A stretch of 64,000 nucleotides of DNA from contig NC_042998.1 in assembly GCF_006345805.1 (NCBI RefSeq), positions 200,508,001-200,572,000 on the forward strand, in the 5' to 3' direction. The DNA is from Octopus sinensis (Eukaryota). Both the position numbers and the translations under genes were made by a program. The notes beneath the pieces are model-generated. The model searched no databases. It was not told the origin of the DNA and worked only from the letters and a program-made list of their open reading frames with translations. Numbering within the stretch: position 1 is the stretch's first letter; each line of letters opens with the position of its first letter. Positions 51,445 to 64,000 of this stretch are shown here, one piece after another.

Positions 51445-51765
51445 GTGACGCATATTTGCCATTGAAATATGACTAAACCCTAAGGGTGGATGCTACTTTA
51501 GTTTGTAGCCCCAGGAGGGCACCGCCTCCAGCTGGCTATAGACACACTTTCTGTGCCCTATCAGTATTTGCAAAGGGAATCATCCTCCCCGTCTTCTACT
51601 TATGATAAGTAAGAAGGCAGGAAGGATGACTTCCCTTTGCAAATACTGATAGGGCACAGAAAGTGTGTCTATAGCCAGCTGGAGGCGGTGGCCTCCTGGG
51701 GCTACAAACTACAGTAGCATCAACCCTTAGGTGTTAGCCATATTTCAATGGCAAATATACGTCAC
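51445..51765. repeat. 321-bp whole-element palindrome (fold-back/MITE)
   Basis: ~160-bp arms, axis at ~51604; one mismatch across the ~70-bp GC-rich inner segment. Confidence 0.92.
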
Positions 51766-53277
51766 CCTGAATTATAACTGTTTATGATTTTGTCTTGTGT
51801 CAGTTTATAGTTTCCTAAAGAGAAAAATCATTTCGAAGTATTGTTTATATATTCTGATATCAGTTATCTTTATGGCATTTACCTATTTAATCTTGTGGTG
51901 GTTTATTCATGTAACTTCGTATGCCATCATCACATTTCAGTTTATTAAAAATGTCCCTTTCTGCCACAGGGAGATCCACTGCTTATCGCTGTGTTTATGT
52001 TTGCAGATATGCGCCTTTATAAGTAGGTATTTGAGTATTGTTATTATTTATATATTTTTGCATGCATGTTAATGAATAATAGATATTCTTCGTTAGATGC
52101 CTGTTATGCATCCAAAGTCCGCATGTTTAGGGACCAAAGCATTCTCGGATCGATAAATAGAAAACAACAGTGGTTTTGGAATGAAGGAACCCTATATTGC
52201 AAAACATGCTATTCCTTTAGAAACCATGGCAGAATTATCTCGGAATATACATCCATTAAATGGAAAATAGAGAAATATGCATTCATGCATATGACAACAA
52301 ACTCATACATATCTGTGTGTTGGCTTACAAAATATCATTTTCTGCATTGACAAGAATATCAATGTAGAACCTTATTTTTCCTCCCCGGTACAAAACTGGT
52401 ATTTGTTCCCTTGAAAACAAATGAAACAAATATATATTAACTGCTGAGATTCGAACTTAAGTAAAATAGTCTAAATGACGCAAAAGACAAGTAAACAAAT
52501 GTATTCACACGTACATACACATACATATATATTATTATCCCTCTGTCATTCTACAATGAAAGCATAACAATATCAATATGAAACATTTTGGCAAAATTTT
52601 AATTACAAAAGAAAACAAGTAATTATCTATTTCTAATTGATACCGTATATATGTGTACACAGTGGAATATGTCTAGTTTGCAAGATAGCGTTTTTTTTCT
52701 ATTTTACTGAATTTAATTATCTGAGAGAATAACACCTGCAATGTCCTTGATTTGACATTTTAGATAGTTAATGTGATTTCTTGAAACAACAATACCTTTA
52801 AAAAATGTATTCTTCAGTGAATGCTAGTGAATATATTCATTTGAAATATAATCTACAACCGTCGCCGAAAATACCAAATATATATTGTTAGAATGAGCCA
52901 ATAAGACATCGTGTATTAAAACAACTATTCTCACCTGCGTTTCTTCATTAACAAGAGTGAGATTATTCGCTAAATATATTGCATACAAACTTTACTGCGT
53001 AGTTATAAACAAGACTTTGAAGAAATCTGAAACGCATTTGCATCATATCACATAAAAATAATTTTAAAGTATCCACCTACATTTAAAAGAGTATAGTATG
53101 GGTTAATGTTCACACACAAATATGTATATATTTATATAGCTACTCGGAGTGTCATGGATTTCGTTCACGCCATTTTCTTGTACAAAAACAGCGTACATAT
53201 TGTGATAACTTACATCAGAATGCAAATAATCTATTTCTTTAGTGACTGCTGTTTCTCTCGATTACACATAAATACAT

Positions 53278-53455
53278 ACGTACATGATGATGGCCGTCCA
53301 CTCGTGACCGAGCAAGACCATTGCCGACCTTCAGGAAGGTTGTGCGCTCTAGGACTAACTTATATTTTGCATTTGCGGCTCCGGTGGTGGCTAATGAGCC
53401 CTGCTCTTGACAAGCATACCCGACTGTAAACATTGCAGACCAAGCTTTCCCCATT
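53278..53455 (-). mobile_element. RTE-clade LINE 3' end
   Basis: LVCNVYSRVCLSRAGLISHHRSRKCKI* (terminal zinc-finger-like motif), followed by GGTCTTGCTCGGTCACGAGTGGACGGC(CAT)n-type tail. Confidence 0.7.
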
Positions 53456-54723
53456 CACTATACATTATACATACATACATACATGCACACACACGTACGA
53501 ACGTACACACACACACGGACACGGATAAATACGTCTGTGTCGAAGGCATGCTGAAGTGTGTGTGTGGTTTATAAATCTATAATTTCACTGGCTACTGCGG
53601 TCTGTGTCTGAACACCACAGGCCCAGGGCACGATTATAACTGTGCTCTGTATGACGCATCAAGCGCGTCTACTCTACATTCAACATGATATAATTTATCC
53701 ACCAATGCAACTGAAGGAAAAAATATTGGAATACTGATTGTTCCAGAAATGATAAAAAGAATTATGTATTTTTTAATTATATAACATTTTTACTCAATAC
53801 AGAAGCATTTAATTAAAATTTGTATAGAATTTATTAGTCTAATATTCTAAATACTACGTACATCATATACACGCGTATGCGTATGTGCTTCCATATATAC
53901 ATATTAAAATATGTATATAATATTTGACGAAAATAATATCGAATGTATGGTTGTTATGAATTAAATATATAAAAATCCATTTCACTATTATTAAAATATT
54001 TTAAAAGAAAACGATAAAGCGAGAGTATAAAAGGAAATTTATTTTCTAAACAAAGAAAAAATGAGATTCGTCATATTTGTAGATTTTTCAATAAAGATAG
54101 GATGTTTTAAATAATTATTAGGTTTTTAACTAAAATATATTTTCTATATTTTATAGTTTAAAATATATAGTTTCGATTTTGGTGTGAAATATATCGTTTT
54201 ACGATGAATATAATACAAACAGTAGAATCATACAATGTTGTGTCTGCATTGGAAAATAAAATTACAGAGTATGTATATTTACAAACAATTAAATGACAAC
54301 TTTATTTTATTCTTGTGTGTGTGTGCGCGCACATTAGTTCACGTAAATATGTATGATTCCTTTTGTAGTATATATGTATTTATAAAGACATCTACGATGT
54401 AAAAGCCAGATAATAGAATTTTAAACATGTATACACAGTTACAATGGTATATTTACCTACTTTCTGCGTTATACAGTGTTCTCTTGTAGCTCTTCGTATG
54501 TATAGGATAGAGTCATTTTCAAAATTATATTGCATCCACTGACCTTAAATATATGCGACAAATTTAGCTAACACTTTATATCATACAATATTCTCGAGCT
54601 CACGTAACAGAATGAGTTCCTATACATATATGTAAACACTCACAGCCATACACAACCCGCACACACGCATATGTATGTGTGTGTACATATATAAATGTAT
54701 GTATATATATATATATTATATAT

Positions 54724-54768
<45 letters not shown>

Positions 54769-57204
54769 CGAGGAATTAGTGGAACCCAGGCGATTACTTA
54801 ATGCGAACTCCTGGCTTTGAGAATGGATAGTAAGGGAAAACAAGCCGGTAAATCTAAAGAATTCTACAACAATAAAAATCCCGGAAATTTTATGAATCGT
54901 AGAGTATGACATCAATGAAATAAAAGGATGAAAACATTGGTATTGCATTTCCGGTTGCAATCGTTTCAATCACTGAAGTGGTATATGTCATTCAACATGC
55001 TGGAACAAATACAAATAATGATTATATACCTTCATGCAATATGAAATTAAATCCAACCCATTCTCAATGCAGTGAGTGTGGAAGGGACTTGTGTATTGAC
55101 TGAGTTAGAAAGCAAACATATTGACATGGCGAAAGAATGTCACAGAATAAAGACGTCGAACAGAAAGAAATGCATGTGTACTATTAAATAAAATCGATTG
55201 TTACGCCAAGGCCAATAACATAGGGCAAATAAAGGTTGGATTATGTTGGACTTTGTTTGGGGCAACGATGAAGGCATTCTACTTTAGGTGGGAATAAATG
55301 CAATGATGTTCACAGAGAAGCCCTAATTAGGGGAGTACATAAGTGAAAAGTAACGTCAAAGAACCAACGACGATAAGAAATGAAAGAATAATTCAATGAG
55401 GAAAAGAGCAAAAGCCAGAAACACATATGAGTGTAAAGAAGAAATGTTAGCAATGGAAGCTAAAAGAGGTTTCATAAATTAAAGTGGCCGATGAAGTGCA
55501 ATGACAGATGATACTTTGAAGTAAAATTAAAACCATATGGAAATAAGTTCACACACCGTACTGAATCAATAAATAATTATACAGGATAGTAAAAACTGAA
55601 GGTAGAATCATTAAGCTGAATATCTATACAAAAAATTAGGAGATGTATGTGCATGAATATGTAAAAATAAGAGAAAAAGAAGTGGTAACCGAATCAATTG
55701 AAATTTTATGATTTTTCTATAATATATTAGCTAAATTGAGTCATTGGAAGAATTTAGAAAAGTAGCGTGAATAACAAAGTATTCACATTTTAGGAACTCA
55801 ATGACTTCATGCAGCATAGATGCAGCATAAAATACAAATGCCTCTCCCCCACCAATTGCTCACTGTTTAATAGAATATTAAATAGCGTAATCAATACGTC
55901 TGTATTTGAAGTCGAAAATAAATTTTACTAGTGATGTATTATATAATTATTGAAAAGATGTACCCGGTTACATCATTTTAGTTTGAAATTTAATGCTGTA
56001 GCACCCACACGGTGTAATTCATAGAGTGCTTGGTCAGAACATATGTAGATTATATTTGTCAAAAGACACTGATTGCTCAAATACAATTATATCGATCTTA
56101 CACTTATATAATATCGGGTTATCCCGCTAGTGAAATATTACTAATTGTACTGTTACTAAAGCTAAAGCCATGAAGAACTACAGAATCAGCAACAATATTG
56201 ATGTTAGTTCAAGATGTGTTTTTAACACCAGGACGAAAGAGAAACGAACTACTGCGATAATCAAACCCGCAAACATTATTTCATAACTTGTTTTATTTTT
56301 ATTATAAATAGCGTCTATAATATCAGCTAAGTTAGGTGTAGTGAAGTATGAAAATTTAATAGTATGCCTTTTAATAATTCATTATATTTAATTCAAGGGG
56401 AAAATAGCTTTCCATTGCTCGAAAAGATTTGGCGCATAGTTGTGTCCGAAGAAGGTGTTAAACAAAAATAGTCATGTTACGTAACCTATGTATTTCTTTG
56501 TTATTGCGGTGAATAAACCTAACCGGCATATGAATAGATTTCCCATTACTATTATATGAGGTATTCTAGCTATGTTTTACTAAGGTAAGCGTTCCTATGT
56601 ATAATCGTAGTCCTTTTGTTGGCTGTATTACGTTCCTCCGAAATACAAGTGTGCAGATGTTCGTTTCGGAGAAAAGGTTTAAGGTCATTTGTATGAATTA
56701 AATCTTTAACATATCAGATGCTCCAATTAATATCATTACTGCATGCGCGCGCTTAGGTATAGGCCGATATATGAAACAGAGGAAAAAGACAGCATACAGT
56801 TGGAAATTTACTTTTCGCAAATGTGGGAGATATGCCTCTACAAATCGTCTTACACATAGGTTGATAAATAGCACATAATATATAATAATAGATAGATGCA
56901 CAGACAATACATGGACGCATATGTGCATAGACATGTGAACTTCTACAGATACACATATATATGAGAGATGGATGACAGACATATTTACAGTTTTTGTTAC
57001 TTTTTTGAGTATGATTAATGATAGAATTGTTTTAAGATACGGTATACTGCGTTCCGAACACACACGAATAATTTCTTTTCCTAGCTACAATAGAAATATA
57101 TGAATTAATGCCGAACTTATCACTATAAAATAGACTTCACATCCGGAACGGAATTGTAAAGTGTTTGTGTAATACCACAAATTAATTTCCGACTGATTTT
57201 ATAA

Positions 57205-57225
57205 CAAGAAGTAATAATAATAATG

Positions 57226-57271
<46 letters not shown>

Positions 57272-57311
57272 TGATAATAATAATAATGATAATAATAATA
57301 ATAATAATAAT

Positions 57312-57375
<64 letters not shown>

Positions 57376-57410
57376 TAATAATATAATAATAATAATAATA
57401 ATAATACAAT
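57205..57410. repeat. long (TAA)n array
   Basis: direct. Confidence 0.95.
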
Positions 57411-57419
57411 AGTAAAAAC

Positions 57420-58390
57420 ACGACTACTAATAATATTGGATAAAAAGAATTAATGTGGGTGAAAGTTCAGGTGAAAGGCTCCTCATCTGGTAGGTGCCCT
57501 GTGAATTAGCAGCACAGGCCCGATGACCATTTTACAGCTTCGAAAATAAGATGGTCTAAAGCGATGAATTTAGCTGTCATGGAATATTATTTTTTTGAGC
57601 AGATCCGTTAATGGGTACGGAAAGCTCACAATAGAATATTGAAAAGAAACTACACGGCATGTATTTGGAGAGGCAGAGATTAAATATTATGGAACAGAGA
57701 TTGCGTGACTTGGCAAGGGTGATAAAGAAGAAAGGGTGGCTAACTTTATCAGAGCTTGATGAGATTGAGAAGGCGGTGATGATTGGAAACACAGTTTGGC
57801 TACAGGGAATGATGACGAGTTTGTATGTAATGAAGGTGTTCAAGAGAATTATGCAGAGAAGAAGCACTGAGAAATAAGAAGAGAGGAATTATCGAAGACA
57901 TCACTGGTATCAATGAGAAAAGGTTAGGCGTGGAAGTAAATGGATTCATGAAAGGGGACAACATTTTGGACTCGGGTGGTGAATATAATACTGAAAGAAA
58001 TTAAGATAGATAATATCGGTGGAACGAATGGATTTATTAATGCTTCTATAATCTAATTAGGAAGCAAATTGTATAAGGGGAAGCGTAGAGACTGCAAAGA
58101 AGGATAAAGCAAACAATAAGGAAATAATGAAAGCCTATCAACGTCCTTGAAAGTAAAAAAAAGGAAATCAGGAAGAACAAGAAATAACAGAAACTAGAAC
58201 GTTGATAAGTGCAATCCTTGAAGAGCTGAAAGAAAGACAGCTGGTGAGAGCTACCAAAATTAACAGGAAAGTTGATTGGATTGAACAATATAAGATCAAG
58301 TGATTTTTACAGCAGGATCAGAAATGGGTTTATAAGCAATTAAAATAGAAGGCTAACCGCAGTAAGAAACCTGATGCTAAAGTAAGAAAT
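57420..58390 (+). mobile_element. Dong/R4 LINE 5' portion
   Basis: RWSKAMNLAVMEYYFLS..NGYGK; EQRLRDLARVIKKKGWLTLSELDEI; ELKERQLVRATKI...IEQYKIK*FLQQDQKWVYKQL. Confidence 0.78.
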
Positions 58391-58399
58391 CTGATTTGC

Positions 58400-58490
58400 A
58401 CTTTAGCTCACGTAGTCGTCTGTCACTAGTGCTTTTATCAGATAGTATCTGATAAAAGCACCAGTGACACACGACCACGTGAGCTAAAGT
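58400..58490. repeat. 91-bp hairpin, 45-bp arms, 3 mismatches, 1-nt loop
   Basis: 58400-58444 vs 58446-58490. Confidence 0.93.
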
Positions 58491-58529
58491 ATACGCACAT
58501 TATCACTAATTGATATACGTTTTCAACGT

Positions 58530-59165
58530 ACCACACAACTCAACACCCACGGACACATACATCACAAACTAAAGAATGAATTACAGCCAAAAGCTCTAAC
58601 ATACATATCAACACACAATTCCCTAAACAAGGAGGCCTTAGAAACCATCCTCCTGTACACTCCTTTACTAAAAAGGGACCATAGAATGAGTCAAATCCTC
58701 CAAACGCAAACCATTATAAAAAGCATAAGACAACCCAAGTCAGTGATAAGTATTCTAACACGAAACCCATGTACACTCGTCAACAACATCGTAAACGACA
58801 TTAAAAGAAACAAAGATGCGGAAGGCCTGCCTGTGATATATGAGTCAACCTAATTGAGAAGTCGTAGTTCAAATAGGGTCAAAACCTGATATATGTGTGA
58901 AGTTTTTCAGGATGTCAGGAGCAATATGTTGGTCAAACTAAAACCAGTCTATGCCAGAGGATGACCGTACATAGATCCCAGATTAAAATACGGGAATACA
59001 TCGACATTTGCGAAAAGTTGGCATCGATATTTGCGCCAATAATGAACAACCCAACTTTAGAATTTGCCCCTCTATAAATTTAAGAACGATGCAACCTCTA
59101 ATCAGCGAATTAGCAAAGAATCATATTTTATCGCCGCAAAATATAAACCTCTTTTGAATGATTCC
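58530..59165 (+). mobile_element. Penelope-like element 3' fragment with GIY-YIG endonuclease
   Basis: LTYISTHN; QRCGRPAC; NLIYV..GCQEQYVGQTKTSLCQRMTVHRSQIK; KESYFI..KYKPLLN. Confidence 0.82.
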
Positions 59166-59374
59166 ACCACAAACACTACTACAAGGATCTTAGAATAATA
59201 TCCACGTAAATATTAAAAACGTTAGATACATTAAGAAGAGTTGCTACTCATTAATTTATTTAGAATAGTTCCTACCATTACTGCTCCAGCCAGAACAAGT
59301 CACTTTTAGGTCAGTTGACAATTAAAGTGCAATCTACGGACAGTCTCTATTACTGGGTCATACCACTCCCATAT

Positions 59375-59387
<13 letters not shown>

Positions 59388-59407
<20 letters not shown>

Positions 59408-59495
59408 CTTCTTCTTCTTCTTCTTCTTCTTCTTCTCCTCCTCTTCTCCTTCTTCTTCATCACCTCCTACTTCATCCGCTGCTGCTGCTGCTGCT
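59388..59495. repeat. (CTT)n-(CTC)n-(GCT)n microsatellite
   Basis: direct. Confidence 0.95.
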
Positions 59496-59874
59496 TAAAC
59501 CGACAAACTTCAGTACCATATATATCTCTGCACATTTCAACGCTATTTTTCAGATCTTCTACTTCCTACCGAACCATCACAAAGGAAAACAGCGTGAGAC
59601 ACAAAAAATGAAGACAAAAGAGAAAAAAAAGGAATCGTCCTATCTATTTGAAGACTGGAAATATTTACAAAACATTTCGTAAAATTTTTTCCTCAAATTA
59701 ATAATTTTGCTTCTTAATTAATATCTACCTTTGATTTACCTCTAGTTGAAAAACGTCGAAAAGACTGAAGCCAGTACTAACAGTTACAAGATGTAATTCA
59801 TGATAAAATTTTTTTAGCATTTTTCTAACTTGCCTTATTTTTTACACACACACACAGTTCGCAACTTTTTATTG

Positions 59875-60025
59875 GCGCAAGGCAAGACTGTGTGGTAAGA
59901 AGCTTGCTCCTGGGTTCAGTCCTACTTCGTTGCACTTTGGGTAAGTGTCTTCAACTATAGCTTCAGTCCAAATAAAGCCATGTGAGGAAATATGGTACAC
60001 AGAAACTGAAAAAAATCCCGTCGAC
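59875..60025 (+). mobile_element. old SINE A 5' fragment
   Basis: CTGTGTGGTAAGAAGCTTGC...CACTTTGGGTAAGTGTCTTC...AAACTGAAA. Confidence 0.7.
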
Positions 60026-60337
60026 AACCGTTGTTTGTATCCAAATTTGAGTTCTTAAGAACTCAAAATTGAGTACAAACTGTTAAATTCCCGCTAAAAA
60101 TGGTTGTTCTGACTCTCCCGAAATTCTTTCTAATATCGATAAAATTTGATTAGATGGATACATCGAAACCGGTAACATTTTATTAAACATTGTCTAATAT
60201 ATACTTCTCTGCCTTATCTGACTTTACTTTTCATAACTATAATTTGTGATTTGTGTGCCCTCCTAGCCACTTTTCTTCTATGTATCTACTCCTCTCTCCC
60301 TTTCTTTCCTCCACACACACACTCTCTCTCTCTTTCT

Positions 60338-60368
<31 letters not shown>

Positions 60369-60372
<4 letters not shown>

Positions 60373-61160
60373 GTTGTATCACAACGTTTCCGGACTGTTT
60401 ATGTTTAATATAACTTATTCACATATGTTTTAACATCATCTTCCAAATAGTCACCTTGCGTAGTAATACACCTGTCCCAACGGTCCTACCACTTTTAGAA
60501 TCCTACCTGGAAATAATATTCTGCAGGTGAGTTGAGGATCTTCTTTCATTCGCTCTCGATCACGAGAACGGTGTTAACACGAAGACATTTCAAGTACATT
60601 TTTATATTCGGAGAAGAGACGGAAGTTGGCAGATGCTAAATCTGCTGAATAGAGTAGATGTGTAAGCTATGCCATGTCGTTTCTGGCGAGAAACTCACGA
60701 GTAAGGAGAGATTGGCGACTAGCTGCATTGTCACTATGAAGTATCCACTACTTAGTCCTCCACAAATCCGGTTGCGTTCGCTGAATGTCCTCCCTCACTT
60801 AAAAACGCCGCAGTAGAACTTTCGATTGGCCGCCTGGTCCTGGGGGACAAATCATCGATGCACAATACACATTTCCGGGGGTGAGGCTCGTAGTAGTTCT
60901 TCCAAATCACTCATCACCTTCCAGGGATATTCTTCCAATTTTGAAGCGCACATGCCACTCGAAACATTGTGTACAACCAATTTCCTCGTCTCCGTAAACT
61001 TGCCACAGTATGTTCAATATTTCTGTAGCAGACTCAAGTTTAACCCAGACAGAAATTTCACAGGGCACGTTGCCCCATGAATGTCAGTGGTAGCTCCATC
61101 TACGCCCGCATCCGTGTTATTACCTGTTGGCATTTTACAAAGGTAGTCCGGGAACCTATA
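60369..61160 (-). mobile_element. internally deleted mariner element
   Basis: TIR remnants TTTCCGGACTG / TAGTCCGGGAA; frameshifted N-terminal (CFEWH.RFKIGRISLEGDE) and C-terminal (REFLARN..H..YSADLA; WDRCITTQGDYLED) transposase motifs on minus. Confidence 0.8.
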
Positions 61161-61207
61161 TATGTATATATATATATATATACACGTATACACACACACA
61201 AACACAC

Positions 61208-61297
<90 letters not shown>

Positions 61298-62573
61298 GTA
61301 CATTTATGTATTCATATAATATATACATACAATCACCCACTCGTCTGTGAGTGTGTGTTTGTGTCTTTGTGTCAGTATATGTGCGTTTGTGTGTGTGTGT
61401 CAGTGTTTCTGTGTGTGTGTTCGTGTGCGTGTGTGTGTGTCTGCGTGTCTGCACCTCATCAGTTCGCACACGCACACTTTCATTAATCAGTATTTACATA
61501 TTGTATAATGATGGAAATTTGATAACGAAACCAGTTAATTACGAATGCTTCATTTCCTATTTTTCATTTCCACTTGACTGAACTCTGTTATTTTAACCTG
61601 ATACCTGGATGCACTTTCATAAAATATATCAAATCATTGCATCAGTTAATGTCTCAATGAATTAACACGGATTTGTTTCGCATACTTTTTCAAACTCGAT
61701 CAATTGCTTGAATTTACCTCAATAGATATATCCTCCAATGGCTGAAAGGTTTTATTGATTACGGAAAAGTTTTTCTTCGAACTGTATTGATGACTTATTT
61801 TCAGTTTTGCATTGGCTTGCTCGTGAATTTCAGTATATGTTTAACAAGTTAGAATCATATCTACCTTATTATGATTTGGGTAAATATATTCTAACAAAAC
61901 TTTGAGTGTTCAAGAGCCTACAAGGATTTAATAGGGTGTAAGTTGTGAAAGCATGTGGATTGGATAATGGGCTTTCTTTTCTTAGAGACTGAATTAATCG
62001 GCTGTTCCTCTTCTACTTATCTTATCCAGCTTAGACGCCCTGAAAATATTAGTATATGTTGGCGTGCTACTGTCTAGGCTGTGAAAGTCTATTCAAACTC
62101 GTTGTTGCAGCAGTAGTGATGGCAGATCTTCTACTGCCTCCTGATCAATCGTTTCGATATCACACCCAGTCATTTAATCTAAAGATTAAAAAGGACACTT
62201 TATATGTTGACTCATGAATTTCTAATGAGTAGAGATGACAATGAACGAAATGGACAGGATGACAGTCAGCCAAAAGTTTCGCTATGCTGTATCACTTCTT
62301 GCAACTCTTTGTGGGGTTAATAATCTTAATCTTTAGTTACAGTTTCCCATTCAAACTACATAATAGGCAGAATTGTCGGATTAAGATAATAGGGTGTTTT
62401 GAGGGAGATTTGGCTGCTGTTTCATAAAGGTCGAGCTACCATGTAGAGGCCTTAACTTAATTTTCATTCATATATTTCCATTTCAAAAATTTAACATAAT
62501 CTTTTCCATGAATCAACTATCGTAAAAATGTTATACCATGGCAAGTACGCAAGTACGCACGCACACACACACA

Positions 62574-62624
<51 letters not shown>

Positions 62625-63043
62625 TACACACACACGTCCATTTCGTATATTTTCTTTCAATTTCTGCTTTCTGCAAATAAAAGTTTTTACGGATACAACT
62701 GCTTACAAAAATAGGGTTTAGAGTATAATTTCGTACTATGTTCATAATTAAATCAATGTTTTAATGATAAGACAGAGGTCCAATAGAATAGTTCTAAGAA
62801 ACGTTCTTCACAACTCCTGAAGTTGTTTTCTGACAAAGGACGGAGAGTCAGGAAATGTTCATACAACTGGGGGCTCCAATCGAAACAGAGGACCCGAAAT
62901 GATAAGGTTGAGAAACGCTGTTAAAGATTATGCCTAAACGAAAATGATCCCAACCACATCAACCAAGCAGACCGGCTGAAACTGGGCTTAGCTACTATTA
63001 TATATATAAATACATGCATACATACATATACATATACATATAG

Positions 63044-63102
<59 letters not shown>

Positions 63103-63107
<5 letters not shown>

Positions 63108-63333
63108 CTTTATTGCCCACAAGGGGCTAAACATAGAGGGTACAAACAAGGATAGACAAAGGGATTAAGTCGATTACATCAACCCCAGTGCGAAACTGGT
63201 ACTTTATTTATCGACCCCGAAAGGATGAAAGGTAAAGTCGACCTCGGCGGAATTTGAACTCAAAACGTAACGACAGACGAAATACCGCTAAGCATTTCAC
63301 CCGGCGCGCTAACGTGTCTGCCAGCTTGCCGCC
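63103..63333 (-). mobile_element. SINE family B monomer, full length
   Basis: reverse complement of head, body and tail. Confidence 0.92.
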
Positions 63334-64000
63334 TTCAATATATATGAATGCATGTATGTATGTACACACGCACATGCACATGCCAAAACGTGTATGCCTA
63401 ATATGAGCTCTAGCATGCAGGTGTAAGTGTGTATAGCCAAGAATTAAATATCAGAGATACGGTTTGGATATTTCTTCTGAGTTATCGAACACAATGTTAT
63501 TTACGTAAAAAAATATAAGTCATGAAAATCGTAATTTTAAAGTTAGTTATATATTATATAACAAAACTACGAGAGCCGTGTATTATTTCAAATCTTAACT
63601 GAATAGGAGTTGCAGTCAAATTTTCTCCACTGTAGTACAATTATAGATGATTCCCCTCCCTCCCCAGAGGATTATATAGGTACTACTTTTTTTTTTCATT
63701 TTCATTTTGATAAAGATAATGAATGTAGTCGCAAAAGCTGCGAAATGAAAGACATTGTAACAGAACATAAATAACAACGAACAGTGAAAAAATGTCAAGA
63801 ATTTAAGGAAACAATAACTCGAGCAAGTAATTTACTTGAACTGATTATCATTAGTTGAAATATCGATAATATTGATTATTTTCATATGTTTCCTATTCGT
63901 GTGATACACTCAACTCTACCCTCCATTTTATTTTGACAATTTTTTTTTTACTACCATGAGACATTTTTTGTACTTTGTTTATATATTTACTATATTTTAA

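Noticed and set aside
53239-53454. Minus-strand ORF with good-looking acceptor and GTACGT donor (GYACQEQGSL...DGHHH)
   Set aside because: Another frame gives the RTE C-terminal motif RVCLSRAGLISHHRS followed by an RTE-type tail, so it is better explained as a LINE end.
61405-61465. Minus-strand CTGATGAG near (CA)n
   Set aside because: There is no GAAA in register; the apparent stems come from the microsatellite.

Overview
Strongly AT-rich eukaryotic (metazoan) DNA, saturated with (TA)n/(CA)n/(GA)n/(GATA)n/(AAT)n microsatellites and decayed transposons. The repeat repertoire (tRNA/CORE-type SINEs, Dong/R4, CR1, RTE and Penelope-like retroelements, Tc1/mariner, hAT and Helitron derivatives) looks like an Octopus genome; this is inferred from recognition, not from a search. 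No complete host gene, rRNA, true tRNA gene or CRISPR array is supportable. Two weak candidate exons lie at ~33.4 and ~37.7 kb, and almost all listed ORFs are microsatellite or TE artefacts. The most interesting signal is absent from the ORF track: at least seven degenerate type-I hammerhead-ribozyme motifs from several sequence families. They include a tRNA-headed SINE whose tail carries a hammerhead and a head-to-head inverted pair of hammerhead units. Also notable are a CR1 LINE 3' tail shared with the dominant SINE with compensatory stem changes, and many fold-back elements. All alignments and folds were done by eye, and TE boundaries are approximate.
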